Shown here: positions 18,164-27,955 of the stretch, piece after piece | Layout: every line of letters starts with the position of its first letter | Numbering within the stretch: position 1 is the stretch's first letter | Assembly: GCA_937903035.1 (NCBI GenBank) | Contig: CALCZP010000008.1 | Coordinates: 21,551-85,550, forward strand | DNA: 64,000 bases | Source of the DNA: an uncultured bacterium | Lineage (GTDB): Bacteria > Patescibacteriota > Minisyncoccia > Phycocordibacterales > UBA9973 | Direction: 5' to 3' | Made by a program: the position numbers and the translations under genes | The notes under the pieces: model-generated | What the model was told of the DNA's origin: nothing | The model's input: only the letters and a program-made list of their open reading frames with translations | Database searches by the model: none

Positions 18164-19963
18164 TTACGCCATCAATATCTGATTCTTAATCAATTTTTGA
18201 TACTCTTTGTTTTTCTTTTCAAGTTCAGCATGGGTTCCCTGCCCTACGATTTTGCCTCCAGCGACAACAAAGATGACATCTGCATCCATGACCGTTGAGA
18301 GACGGTGCGCAATAATAATTGTGGTGCGTCCTTGAGCGGAGCGATTAATAGCGTCATGAATAAGCTTTTCATTGATAGAATCGAGCGCAGATGTTGCTTC
18401 ATCAAAAATGAGAATCTTGGGGTTCTTGATCAAAGCGCGCGCAATACCAATACGCTGACGCTCACCACCAGACACCTTAATACCACCTTCGCCAATCATC
18501 GTATCGAGTCCATGGTCTTTAAGTTTTGCAACGAATTCATCAAGAGATGCATCTTTGACTGCCTTTTGCAGTCGTCCTTCAGAAACTTCCATACCTGCAG
18601 GTAATCCAAACAAAATATTTTCACGAATGCTTCGATCGAAAAGTTCAATCTTCTGCTCAACATTCCCAATCTGTGAGCGGAACCATCTGAGATCCAGATC
18701 TTTGAGTGATACGCCATCAATCACTACTTCGCCTTCGGTCGTGTCATAGTAACGACGCATAAGATTCACGATAGTACTCTTACCAGAGCCTGAAACACCG
18801 ACAAAACCTACTTTTGCACCTGCTGGAATAACAAGATCAACACCAGCTATTGTATGCTCAGCTTCTTTCTCTTGAGACTTCTCTTCATTCTCTATTTCTT
18901 GCGCTGATTGTCGGTATGGGTATGCAAAGCTGACATTTTTAAACTCAATTTTTCCTTCCAGTTTTTCGATAATCTTTCCACCAATATTAGGATTAATATC
19001 AGGCTCTATATCCAACAGCTCAAAGTATTTCTTCACCTCAACAACCTGAAAGAGCATTCTTCGCTGTGATTGCATGATACTGATCAAGTTTGCAAATACT
19101 CCAGATGTCCAAGAGTAGAGGGCCACAAACATACCTGCAGAGTGCTCACCGAGCAAGATAAAGTATGTACCCAATCCAAGCGTTGCATACTGACCAACCG
19201 TAATAATCACTTTATTGAAGTAAAAAGATTTGATAAACCCCGTCCATGTACTAATAGAAAAATCAGCTACACGGTCATACTCCTTTTTGAAATCAGCCGC
19301 TGTAACAGCTTCCTGCGCTTCAGCAATGACAAGTGTTGAATTACGAAATAGTTCTGACTGAAGTTTGTATTGTTGTTGGTTATTCTTTCGAACTTTCTCA
19401 ACTTTTGGAAATATAGCGAGATTACTTCTATAGGCGACGAGTACATACATCAAAATGAATGCCAATGCAGTAAGAGATACTCGCCAATCAAAGAAAGCTA
19501 GAATACCGGCAGTAACAAGAACCTGAATAACGTTCGGCAGAATGTTGTACAAGCCGTCGTACATAATGTTCGTAAGAGCATTTTGACCTTTGTTTACAAT
19601 ACTTTGCTTTACACCAGAATGCTCATTTATATGTTGACCAATTGAAAAATCAAGCATTTTGTTTAGTGAAAATACTGAAAATGCTTTTTCGATATTCATA
19701 TCAAGCTTTGCAAGTTCAAGTTTTTCTCGTATGTAATCAAGTACGTGATTACGAAACAATGAAATAGCAAAAGCGATAGCAAGAAAGTATGCAGTAAATC
19801 TGATATCCCCTGAAATCACCGCATCAACACCTTTACTAAAAAGATACGGTGATAGAACGGTCAATATCTGACCGATGAACATCAAGCCAACGACTGAAAG
19901 CAGGTACTTTCTAAATGGTCTGAAAAACGAAAGCGTCCGTGTAAAAAATGTCCTATTTTTCAT
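18164..19963 (-). CDS. ABC exporter (MsbA/Atm1-like TMD-NBD fusion)
   Basis: GVSGSGKST, VSGGERQR, DEATSALD and IAHRLST motifs. Confidence 0.93.
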   Translation of the reverse strand: MKNRTFFTRTLSFFRPFRKYLLSVVGLMFIGQILTVLSPYLFSKGVDAVISGDIRFTAYFLAIAFAISLFRNHVLDYIREKLELAKLDMNIEKAFSVFSLNKMLDFSIGQHINEHSGVKQSIVNKGQNALTNIMYDGLYNILPNVIQVLVTAGILAFFDWRVSLTALAFILMYVLVAYRSNLAIFPKVEKVRKNNQQQYKLQSELFRNSTLVIAEAQEAVTAADFKKEYDRVADFSISTWTGFIKSFYFNKVIITVGQYATLGLGTYFILLGEHSAGMFVALYSWTSGVFANLISIMQSQRRMLFQVVEVKKYFELLDIEPDINPNIGGKIIEKLEGKIEFKNVSFAYPYRQSAQEIENEEKSQEKEAEHTIAGVDLVIPAGAKVGFVGVSGSGKSTIVNLMRRYYDTTEGEVVIDGVSLKDLDLRWFRSQIGNVEQKIELFDRSIRENILFGLPAGMEVSEGRLQKAVKDASLDEFVAKLKDHGLDTMIGEGGIKVSGGERQRIGIARALIKNPKILIFDEATSALDSINEKLIHDAINRSAQGRTTIIIAHRLSTVMDADVIFVVAGGKIVGQGTHAELEKKNKEYQKLIKNQILMA

Positions 19964-19965
19964 AC

Positions 19966-20946
19966 TTATGATAACAACCCTACCGCCTCATATACCGCAC
20001 GCAGTTTCTTCATCGCAATATCATTTGCTTTCATTGCACCATTGACGAGGATTTCATGGACGACCTTTGGACTGTCTTCGTATTTTTTGCGACGCTCACG
20101 CATTGGAGTCACAAATGCAATGATATCAGCGATGAGTATTTTCTTGGCATCGCCGTAGCCGAGACCTTTTGAGTACTGTGCTTTGAGTTCAGCTGAAGCA
20201 TTAAAGAGCTTATGGATCTGGTAGAGCACCATCTCGTCAGGATCCTTTTCTTCGTCACGACCACGAGAGTCAGTCGGAATACTCATCACTGCTTTCGTGA
20301 TCTCATCATCACTCGCAAAGAGCGGGATGGTATTGTCATAGCTCTTGGACATCTTGCGTCCATCAGTACCAGGCACGACTGCCACATCTTCAATAATATG
20401 CGCAGCTGGCTCTTTGAAGAGTGGTTCGTACGCAGTCGCAAATTTGGTCGCAAGGTCACGAGCATACTCGACATGCTGCACCTGATCTTTACCCACCGGT
20501 ACAACATCCACGTCATAGAGCAAAATATCTGCAGCCATGAGCACTGGATAGGTAAAAGTGCCAGCATTTACTTCTTTGCCTTTAGCCTGTGCGTCCTTGT
20601 ATGCATGCGCACGCTCGAGATACGGCACCGGGAGCAAACAATCAAAGATCCACGCAAGTGATGCATGAGCAGGTACTGCAGACTGACGAAAGAGTGTTAC
20701 CTTTTTTGGATCAAGGCCGGCGCCGAGGTAGTCAAGGATCATTTCATGAATATTGTGTGCGAGCTCTGCTTTTGCAGGCGTACCAGTGATCGCATGGAGG
20801 TCTGCAACAAAAACAAACGTGTCATGCGTATCTTGCATCGAGATAAACTGGCGAAGTGCACCAAAGTAGTTGCCAATATGGAGACGACCGGTGGGCTTGA
20901 TACCAGAAATGAGGCGCTTCGGTGCACCTGAATGTGTGGAAGACAT
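19966..20946 (-). CDS. trpS: tryptophanyl-tRNA synthetase
   Basis: SGIKPTG.LHIGN, YPVLMAADIL, VPVGKDQ and KMSKS motifs. Confidence 0.96.
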   Translation of the reverse strand: MSSTHSGAPKRLISGIKPTGRLHIGNYFGALRQFISMQDTHDTFVFVADLHAITGTPAKAELAHNIHEMILDYLGAGLDPKKVTLFRQSAVPAHASLAWIFDCLLPVPYLERAHAYKDAQAKGKEVNAGTFTYPVLMAADILLYDVDVVPVGKDQVQHVEYARDLATKFATAYEPLFKEPAAHIIEDVAVVPGTDGRKMSKSYDNTIPLFASDDEITKAVMSIPTDSRGRDEEKDPDEMVLYQIHKLFNASAELKAQYSKGLGYGDAKKILIADIIAFVTPMRERRKKYEDSPKVVHEILVNGAMKANDIAMKKLRAVYEAVGLLS

Positions 20947-21031
20947 GTGCATATAGTATCAAAAATAAGGCTTTTGGGGTAGTTTTCTGGTGATTGGGAG
21001 GTGTGTAGGTACGGTGCTACAATGTCACTAC

Positions 21032-22423
21032 ATGGCTACCAACCCTCATGTCGCATTACAAAATCTGCGCGTCCCACCCCACCATCTCGAGAGCGAGCAG
21101 GCAGTACTCGGCGCGCTCATGCTCCGTCCGGGTGCAATTCATGATATCGTCGACCTCCTCACGGCAGAAATGTTCTATGCCAAAAAGCACAGCATCATCT
21201 TTCAGACGATCAGTGACCTTTCCAACAAGAACGAGCCGATCGATGTGCTCTCAGTAGCAGCACGCCTCAAGGAAAAGAAAACGCTTGATACGATCGGCGG
21301 CAACAGCTACCTCAATGAACTCATGTCCAACGTCCCGTCGACGGTCAACATCCGTCACTATGGTGATATCGTCTACAAGAAATTCATTTTGCGTTCACTT
21401 ATTGACGCATCGGAGTCCATCGCAAGTCTCTCCTATGAGCAAAATGATATGGACGTCGCTGACATCATCGACACTGCAGAGAAAAGCATTTTCCGCGTAT
21501 CCTCATCCATCAATACCAAGAATGCATTTGTTTCTATCAAGTCGAGTCTCGTCGAGACCATGGAACAAGTCGTGCACCTCCATGACAACCAGGGTGAAGT
21601 TCGCGGTGTACCGACCGGCTACGAGGACTTTGACAAGATGACTGCAGGACTCCAGAACTCCGATCTTATCATCCTTGCAGCTCGTCCGAGTATGGGTAAG
21701 ACCACGTTTGCACTTGATATCGTCCGCAATGTAGCGCTTGCCGGCAAGGCAGTGGGTATTTTCTCACTCGAAATGTCCGCGAACCAACTCGTCCAACGTA
21801 TGCTCTCTGCCGAGAGTCGAGTGGACGCATGGAGCATTCGTACCGGTCAGGGACTCAATACCAACCATTTCACTGCACTCCAAGAAGCAGCAGGACGACT
21901 CCAAAAGGCACCAATCTACATCGATGACCAGGCTGGTAACTCCATCGTCAAAATGCGCTCTGTCGCACGCCGCCTCAAGAGTGAACATGGACTCGGACTG
22001 ATCGTGATCGACTACTTGCAGCTCATGACCACCAGTAAAAACCATGACAACATGGTGAACCAAGTCACCGAAATCTCACGATCCCTCAAGCAGCTCGCGC
22101 GTGAGCTCAACGTCCCTGTCCTTGCGCTCTCACAGCTCTCTCGTGCGGTTGAGTCACGTGGTGGTCGCCCTCGCCTCTCTGACCTCCGAGACTCCGGCTC
22201 CATCGAGCAAGACGCGGACTTGGTCATGTTCATTCATCGCGAAGACCGCTACAAGGAAGCCCATGAGAAGGACAACATCACTGAAATCCTCATCGAAAAG
22301 CACCGTAACGGTCCGGTCGGCGTCGTGAAGCTCATGTTTGATATGAAGACGACCTCATTCCTCTCACTCGACAAGAACCATGAGGCGATGACTTCAAAGG
22401 CAACGTCACTTGATGACTTCTAA
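21032..22423 (+). CDS. dnaB: replicative DNA helicase
   Basis: AARPSMGKT, FSLEM, IDYLQL, LSQLSR and LRDSGSIEQDAD motifs; start moved to ATG 21032. Confidence 0.97.
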   Translation: MATNPHVALQNLRVPPHHLESEQAVLGALMLRPGAIHDIVDLLTAEMFYAKKHSIIFQTISDLSNKNEPIDVLSVAARLKEKKTLDTIGGNSYLNELMSNVPSTVNIRHYGDIVYKKFILRSLIDASESIASLSYEQNDMDVADIIDTAEKSIFRVSSSINTKNAFVSIKSSLVETMEQVVHLHDNQGEVRGVPTGYEDFDKMTAGLQNSDLIILAARPSMGKTTFALDIVRNVALAGKAVGIFSLEMSANQLVQRMLSAESRVDAWSIRTGQGLNTNHFTALQEAAGRLQKAPIYIDDQAGNSIVKMRSVARRLKSEHGLGLIVIDYLQLMTTSKNHDNMVNQVTEISRSLKQLARELNVPVLALSQLSRAVESRGGRPRLSDLRDSGSIEQDADLVMFIHREDRYKEAHEKDNITEILIEKHRNGPVGVVKLMFDMKTTSFLSLDKNHEAMTSKATSLDDF

Positions 22424-22426
22424 TCT

Positions 22427-23029
22427 ATGATGGACGAGCACATTACACGACTCTCTCGCCTCTTTTTAAAATTCCCCGGCATCGGCGAACGCCAAGCGCG
22501 ACGCTTTGCGTACTTTATCCTCACGCAGCCTGAGAACTACGTCGACAACCTCGCCACTACCCTGCGTGAAGCACGTAGCCAAGCACATACCTGCAGTCGC
22601 TGTTTGCGTGTCTACGAAGGTCGTCCTGGCATGTGCAGCATCTGTAGTGACACCACGCGCGACCAAGGCATCATTGCAGTCGTTGAGAAGTCTGCAGACA
22701 TTGATGCATTTGCCAAGACTGACTATCGCGGCCTCTTTTTCGTTCTTGGTGGACTCATCCCAATCATTCAGAAAAATGTACTCGATGGGACAAATGTAAA
22801 CCTCCTCGTTGAACGCGTACGGAGTGATTTTGCAACCCTCGAAGAGATCATCCTCGCATTCCCCATCACCCCAAATGGCGAACATACTGATAGTGCAGTT
22901 CGAGAAATCCTCAAGCCAGTATCAGCAACGTTTGAAATCTCAACCCTTGGCCGCGGCCTCTCAACAGGAGCTGAGCTTGAGTACGCTGATGCAGCGTCGC
23001 TTTCTGCATCTCTCAAAAAACGAGAATAA
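22427..23029 (+). CDS. recR: recombination mediator RecR
   Basis: PGIG..A.R HhH motif, C4 zinc finger, Toprim domain, LGRGL..G.ELEYAD. Confidence 0.93.
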   Translation: MMDEHITRLSRLFLKFPGIGERQARRFAYFILTQPENYVDNLATTLREARSQAHTCSRCLRVYEGRPGMCSICSDTTRDQGIIAVVEKSADIDAFAKTDYRGLFFVLGGLIPIIQKNVLDGTNVNLLVERVRSDFATLEEIILAFPITPNGEHTDSAVREILKPVSATFEISTLGRGLSTGAELEYADAASLSASLKKRE

Positions 23030-23041
23030 AAAATCACCATA

Positions 23042-23464
23042 CTATTTTGAAGTATGGTGATAAAACGAGTCAACAGGATACAAATTTGCGCTATCAAGGT
23101 AGATTTCCCCAATCGAATCTGAAAATTTTGTATACACTCTGCTTCCGATTGATATACCGAAAAAGCATATACCTTTTCCAAGAGGACTTCTTATATACGC
23201 AAGAGGGTATCGTGAAAGTAATGCTCGTGGAGTATCCACAATGCTTGTATACATCTGAGCACCTTCAAGCCTAAAAAAATTATTAGTACTCATTGCGTTT
23301 ACAATAATCTGCGAATCATGAGCTTGATACCTTTGAGGAATAAGTTCAGCTTCAGTAAAGTATCTTTTTGGTACCTTTTTTACTGGATCTTTATTGATAT
23401 ATTTTTCTGAAAAGATCACCACTATAAGGAATACGGATGCGAAAAACATTTTGGCGTACTTCAT
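23042..23464 (-). CDS. AT-rich hypothetical protein with N-terminal TM/signal
   Basis: Own TTGACT-N16-TAATTT promoter overlapping the rplU terminator. Confidence 0.65.
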   Translation of the reverse strand: MKYAKMFFASVFLIVVIFSEKYINKDPVKKVPKRYFTEAELIPQRYQAHDSQIIVNAMSTNNFFRLEGAQMYTSIVDTPRALLSRYPLAYIRSPLGKGICFFGISIGSRVYTKFSDSIGEIYLDSANLYPVDSFYHHTSK

Positions 23465-23506
23465 ACTTTTTTATTTTTTATAAAATTACCATATATTTTA
23501 TAAAAG

Positions 23507-23536
23507 TCAAAGCCCTCCATACGGAGGGCTTTTGAT
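23507..23536. terminator. rplU terminator; its arm supplies the -35 of the next gene
   Basis: tcaaagccctcc-atac-ggagggcttttga. Confidence 0.8.
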
Positions 23537-23922
23537 TAGATAGAGAGAATCTTTACTTTGAGATGAGGCTGGCGGTGGCCATTCTTCTTGAAGTAGCGAG
23601 ACTTCTGTTTGTATTTGATGACAGTCACGGTTGCATTGCGGCCAACTGAAACGATTTCACCGGAAACTTGCGCGCCTTTGATGAATGGAGCACCGATCAC
23701 GGTATCAGTACCATTGTCAGTGAGGAGTACCTCTGAAAAGGTCACCGTGTCACCCTTTTTCATCTCATCATTGATCTTTTCGATCATGATTGTGTCACCA
23801 GCGGCTACGCGGTATTGCTTGCCACCAGTCTTGATAACAGCAAAGCCTTCACTAGCAGCCTTTTTGACCACTTTTTTAGAAGCTACTTTCTTTACTGCTA
23901 CTTTTTTCGCTGTTTCTGCCAT
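23536..23922 (-). CDS. rplU: 50S ribosomal protein L21 with Lys/Ala-rich N-terminal extension
   Basis: AVIKTGGKQYRV, G.PF..GA.V and GHRQ motifs. Confidence 0.96.
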   Translation of the reverse strand: MAETAKKVAVKKVASKKVVKKAASEGFAVIKTGGKQYRVAAGDTIMIEKINDEMKKGDTVTFSEVLLTDNGTDTVIGAPFIKGAQVSGEIVSVGRNATVTVIKYKQKSRYFKKNGHRQPHLKVKILSI

Positions 23923-24011
23923 AGTCCACACAGTATACGGATTTTCCCTGTTTTTGCAAGCCCTTATCCACCAAGGGGATTCCCTCAGCGGGCTATGCTA
24001 TACTTTGAACA

Positions 24012-24929
24012 ATGATTTCCCGATACACCTATAACGGGCTTACCTGGGTTGACCTTGAGTCACCTACCCGTGAGGAAATAATCCACATGAGCGAAGAATT
24101 CGCCCTCCCCCCGCTTGTTGGCGAAGAAATGTTCTCAAGCACCCTCCAAAGCAAGGTTGATCTCTATGACAATTTCGCCTATCTCATTATGCATTTCCCT
24201 GTCATGAACAAAGACGAAACTGGTGCCCGTGAGCAAGAAATCGACTTTATCATCGGCAAAAAGTTCATCATTACGGTGAGATACGAGTCCATCGAACCAC
24301 TTGCATCCTTTGCAAAAACATTTGAAACAGATAGTCATATGGATCGCGACAAGCTCACGATGCACGCCGGCTACATATTTACCGAGATGATGAAACTCTT
24401 TTATCGTCGGTCACTCAAAGAACTTGGGGATATTACCAACACCATCAGAGACATTGAAAATCGCATCTTCTCTGGCAAAGAAGGTTCAACAGTGAAGCGC
24501 ATTTCGTACACGTCACGCAAACTCCTCGACTTCAAACAAGCGCTCAGATTCCACCCTGATATTCTCGAATCATACGAGACCACAAGTAAGCGTTTCTTTG
24601 GCGAAGAATACAGCTACTACGCATCATTGGTCACCTCAGAGTTCAACAAGGTCAACAATGTACTCGAAGGTCATCGTGACATCCTCTCCGAACTTCAACG
24701 CACCAACAACTCACTTCTCTCAACCAAGTCCAACGAAATCTTGCGCACCTTTACTGTCATGACATTCGTGATGATGCCACTCACGATCATCACCGGTATT
24801 TTCGGTATGAACACGGTACAAAATCTCATTTTCATCCGCAACCTCAAGGACTTCTATATCGTGATCGGTGCGATGATACTCACCGGTATCGTGATGTTCA
24901 CCTTTTTCCGTCTTCGTAAATGGCTTTAA
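24012..24929 (+). CDS. corA: CorA-family Mg2+/Co2+ transporter
   Basis: W.DLE.PT..E; PLT.ITGIFGMN; two C-terminal TMs. Confidence 0.93.
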   Translation: MISRYTYNGLTWVDLESPTREEIIHMSEEFALPPLVGEEMFSSTLQSKVDLYDNFAYLIMHFPVMNKDETGAREQEIDFIIGKKFIITVRYESIEPLASFAKTFETDSHMDRDKLTMHAGYIFTEMMKLFYRRSLKELGDITNTIRDIENRIFSGKEGSTVKRISYTSRKLLDFKQALRFHPDILESYETTSKRFFGEEYSYYASLVTSEFNKVNNVLEGHRDILSELQRTNNSLLSTKSNEILRTFTVMTFVMMPLTIITGIFGMNTVQNLIFIRNLKDFYIVIGAMILTGIVMFTFFRLRKWL

Positions 24930-24932
24930 TCT

Positions 24933-26312
24933 ATGGCACTTTCACTCTACAACACCAAATCTCGATCGATTGAAACATTCACCCCACTTGATCCGACTAC
25001 TGTCACGATGTACGCGTGTGGTCCGACTGTCTACGACAAAACGCATATCGGGCACATGCGCAAATATGTCGGTGATGACATCTTGCGTCGCACGCTCGTT
25101 CTCCTCGGATACAATGTAAAGCATGTGATGAATATCACTGACGTTGGGCATCTCACTGGTGACGAGAATGAGACGGGTGAAGACAAACTTGAAAAAGGTG
25201 CCACAAAAGAAGGTAAAAGTGTCTGGGATATCGCTGCATTGTATACAGAAAACTTTCATACAACGATGCGCGCGATTAACGTACTTCCGCCGATGATTGA
25301 GAGCAAGGCAACTGACCATATCAAAGAAATGATTGCACTCAATGAAGTCCTCGTTGCAAAAGGCTTTGCATATGAGACTGATCAGGCGCTCTACTTTGAT
25401 GTATCCCGTGATCCAAGCTATGGCTCGCTCTCGGGTCAGAAACTCGCTGATAAGCAGACTGCTGTGCGTGACGACGTGGTTGAAGACCCTCAAAAGCGCC
25501 ATCCCGCAGACTTTGCACTATGGTTCAAGCGTATAGGTAAATTTGCGGATCATACGATGCATTGGCCTTCACCTTTCGGTGATGGATTTCCCGGTTGGCA
25601 TATTGAGTGCTCTGCCATGGCAATGCACTATCTCGGCGAAACGATTGATATTCACACTGGCGGTATCGACCACATCCCTGTCCATCACGAGAATGAGATC
25701 GCACAGAGCGAGTGCGCGACTGGTCACCAGTTTGTGAAGTATTGGGTACACCACGACTTTCTCAATGTTGATGGAGAAAAAATGTCCAAAAGTAAACTGA
25801 ATTTCTACACAATCGAAGATATCGTGGCACAAGGCATTGACCCACTTGCTGTGCGTCTCATGTTTATGCAGACGAGCTACCGTAAGCCACTCAACTTTAC
25901 GTGGGATACACTTCGAGTAGCAGAAGCATCACTAACAAAACTTCGCACTTTTGCCTCACATCAAACAGAGATTGGCGCAGTGAATGAAGCTTCGATACAG
26001 TCATTCAAAGCAGCAGTTGGAGACGATCTCAATACTGCGAAAGCTCTTGCGGTAGTATGGGAATTACTCGCAGACACAACAATCTCTGATGCTGACAAAT
26101 GGGCAACACTCCTCGCATTTGATGCGGTGCTCGGACTCAATCTCGAAACAGTATCAAAGTTTACAATCACTGAGAAAGCTGAGCGTTTGGTACTCGAACG
26201 AGATCTTGCGCGAGCAGCCAAGGACTTTACTACCTCAGACAGGCTTCGAGCAGAACTTGAATCGCTCGGATACGAAGTAAATGATACACCACAAGGTACC
26301 AAGCTTTTATAA
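24933..26312 (+). CDS. cysS: cysteinyl-tRNA synthetase
   Basis: CGPTVY..HIGH, DFALW, PGWHIECS, HHENE and KMSKS motifs. Confidence 0.97.
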   Translation: MALSLYNTKSRSIETFTPLDPTTVTMYACGPTVYDKTHIGHMRKYVGDDILRRTLVLLGYNVKHVMNITDVGHLTGDENETGEDKLEKGATKEGKSVWDIAALYTENFHTTMRAINVLPPMIESKATDHIKEMIALNEVLVAKGFAYETDQALYFDVSRDPSYGSLSGQKLADKQTAVRDDVVEDPQKRHPADFALWFKRIGKFADHTMHWPSPFGDGFPGWHIECSAMAMHYLGETIDIHTGGIDHIPVHHENEIAQSECATGHQFVKYWVHHDFLNVDGEKMSKSKLNFYTIEDIVAQGIDPLAVRLMFMQTSYRKPLNFTWDTLRVAEASLTKLRTFASHQTEIGAVNEASIQSFKAAVGDDLNTAKALAVVWELLADTTISDADKWATLLAFDAVLGLNLETVSKFTITEKAERLVLERDLARAAKDFTTSDRLRAELESLGYEVNDTPQGTKLL

Positions 26313-26342
26313 AAAAATCCCCCAGTTTATTGGGGGATTTTC
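26313..26342. terminator. bidirectional terminator
   Basis: aaaatccccca-N6-tgggggatttt. Confidence 0.8.
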
Positions 26343-26352
26343 ATTTAAAATA

Positions 26353-27951
26353 TTAACTTGCAATCACTGATCCAGGGGTCTGCGATGCGACTGCAGGTAT
26401 TACTACTTTAAACGTTGATCCCTTACCAAGCCCTTCCGATTCAATCACGATATCACCCTTGTGTACTCGAGCAATCTCACGCGCCAGATAGAGTCCAAGC
26501 CCTGAGCCACCAGTGTTGAGCTTCCCACCCTCGCCTCGATTGAACTTGCCAAAGAGTTTACCCATAGTTTCAGGAGAAATACCAACACCATTATCAGACA
26601 CTGCAAATACAATGTTTGATCCTTCATGGCGAAGCGAGAGCTTCACAAAACCTTTAGGGGTGTACTTGATACTGTTATCAGTGAGGTTAAGGAAGACTTG
26701 TTTGAGCTTGGTGGGATCGGCATTCACGATGAATTTCTCATACGGCGGAATATCAAGCGTAAGCTCCAACCCCTTGCTCTCAGCAGGAATCTTCATTTCG
26801 TTGTAGAGATCAGTAACACTCTTTGAGAGCTCGGTCGTCATGAACTCGTACTTCATACCACCCTGTTCAATCTTGGATACGTTGAGCAAGTCCTCCACAA
26901 TACTCACGAGTCCCTGCGCAGAGGTATAAATACGCTTGACTGCAACGTCTTGCTTCTCATCCATTTTGCCAAATGAACCTTCAGTCAGCATCGATGCATA
27001 GCCTTTGATTGCCGTGAGTGGGCTGCGAAGCTGGTGAGATGCGAGTGAGAGGAACTCTGTTTTGAGTTTATCGAGCCCTTTGAGCTTGTCATTAAGATCA
27101 GCAAGACCTAAGTTTGAGTGCTCGAGCTGCTCCGTAAGATCTTCAAGGGACTTTGTATGCCTTCTCCAAATCAACAAAATAGCAACCGTAAGGACTGAAA
27201 TTGTGAAAGTAAGAAAGATGATAAAAATAAGGAATGGGAGAAGTGTCTGGGTTGTAATCGTTAGAAAATCATCCGCTTTCACATCAGCAGCCAAGACTGC
27301 AACAGTGTCTCCTTTTTCATCGCGAATCGGCGCATACCCCGTGAGTACTGTTCCATAATCATCAGTATAAAGATCTCGGCTAGTAAGCGGTCCGCTGTAT
27401 GCCTCAAATGCCTCAGGAATATCAACGGCTTCTGCGTAGTCTTGTCCTGGCCACTGTAACTTGTCAGCACCTTCAGGTTCTATCAATCCGTCTCGATTAA
27501 CATCCACACACGTAGCACAAGTAGAAGCAGGAACACTTTCTTCACCAGATGGGAGTGCTATATCATTTGCAAATGGGTTAATGGAATCCGCATCACCAAC
27601 AAATTCCATCTGTGTTGGATCAGTAGCTTTCTTTCGAAAGATATACATGAACACAACATTTTCATTTGCATATTTTGCATTATGCAATTTTTGCACAATA
27701 TGTTGCCATTCAGGTTTCTGCCAATCGTCTTTGGTCTGAAGTGCAGCAAGATCACTTGCATCAATATTTGCTGCCTGTGTTACCGAAATAGTTGTAATGG
27801 CATCACGAAGATTGTCAGTGAGCAACACAACCGTACGCTTATAGAGAATATTTGAAGCAGCAACGATGACTGCAATCACTACAACGAGCAAGCCGACCAC
27901 TATCCATGTTGCTTTTCGTGAATATCCGGTTTTTGTTCGTGTATTTTCCAT
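26353..27951 (-). CDS. membrane sensor histidine kinase with Cache-like sensor
   Basis: Two TMs; SHQLRSPL H-box; NLTDNSIKY, DNGVG and GSGLGL motifs. Confidence 0.93.
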   Translation of the reverse strand: MENTRTKTGYSRKATWIVVGLLVVVIAVIVAASNILYKRTVVLLTDNLRDAITTISVTQAANIDASDLAALQTKDDWQKPEWQHIVQKLHNAKYANENVVFMYIFRKKATDPTQMEFVGDADSINPFANDIALPSGEESVPASTCATCVDVNRDGLIEPEGADKLQWPGQDYAEAVDIPEAFEAYSGPLTSRDLYTDDYGTVLTGYAPIRDEKGDTVAVLAADVKADDFLTITTQTLLPFLIFIIFLTFTISVLTVAILLIWRRHTKSLEDLTEQLEHSNLGLADLNDKLKGLDKLKTEFLSLASHQLRSPLTAIKGYASMLTEGSFGKMDEKQDVAVKRIYTSAQGLVSIVEDLLNVSKIEQGGMKYEFMTTELSKSVTDLYNEMKIPAESKGLELTLDIPPYEKFIVNADPTKLKQVFLNLTDNSIKYTPKGFVKLSLRHEGSNIVFAVSDNGVGISPETMGKLFGKFNRGEGGKLNTGGSGLGLYLAREIARVHKGDIVIESEGLGKGSTFKVVIPAVASQTPGSVIAS

Positions 27952-27955
27952 GCAC

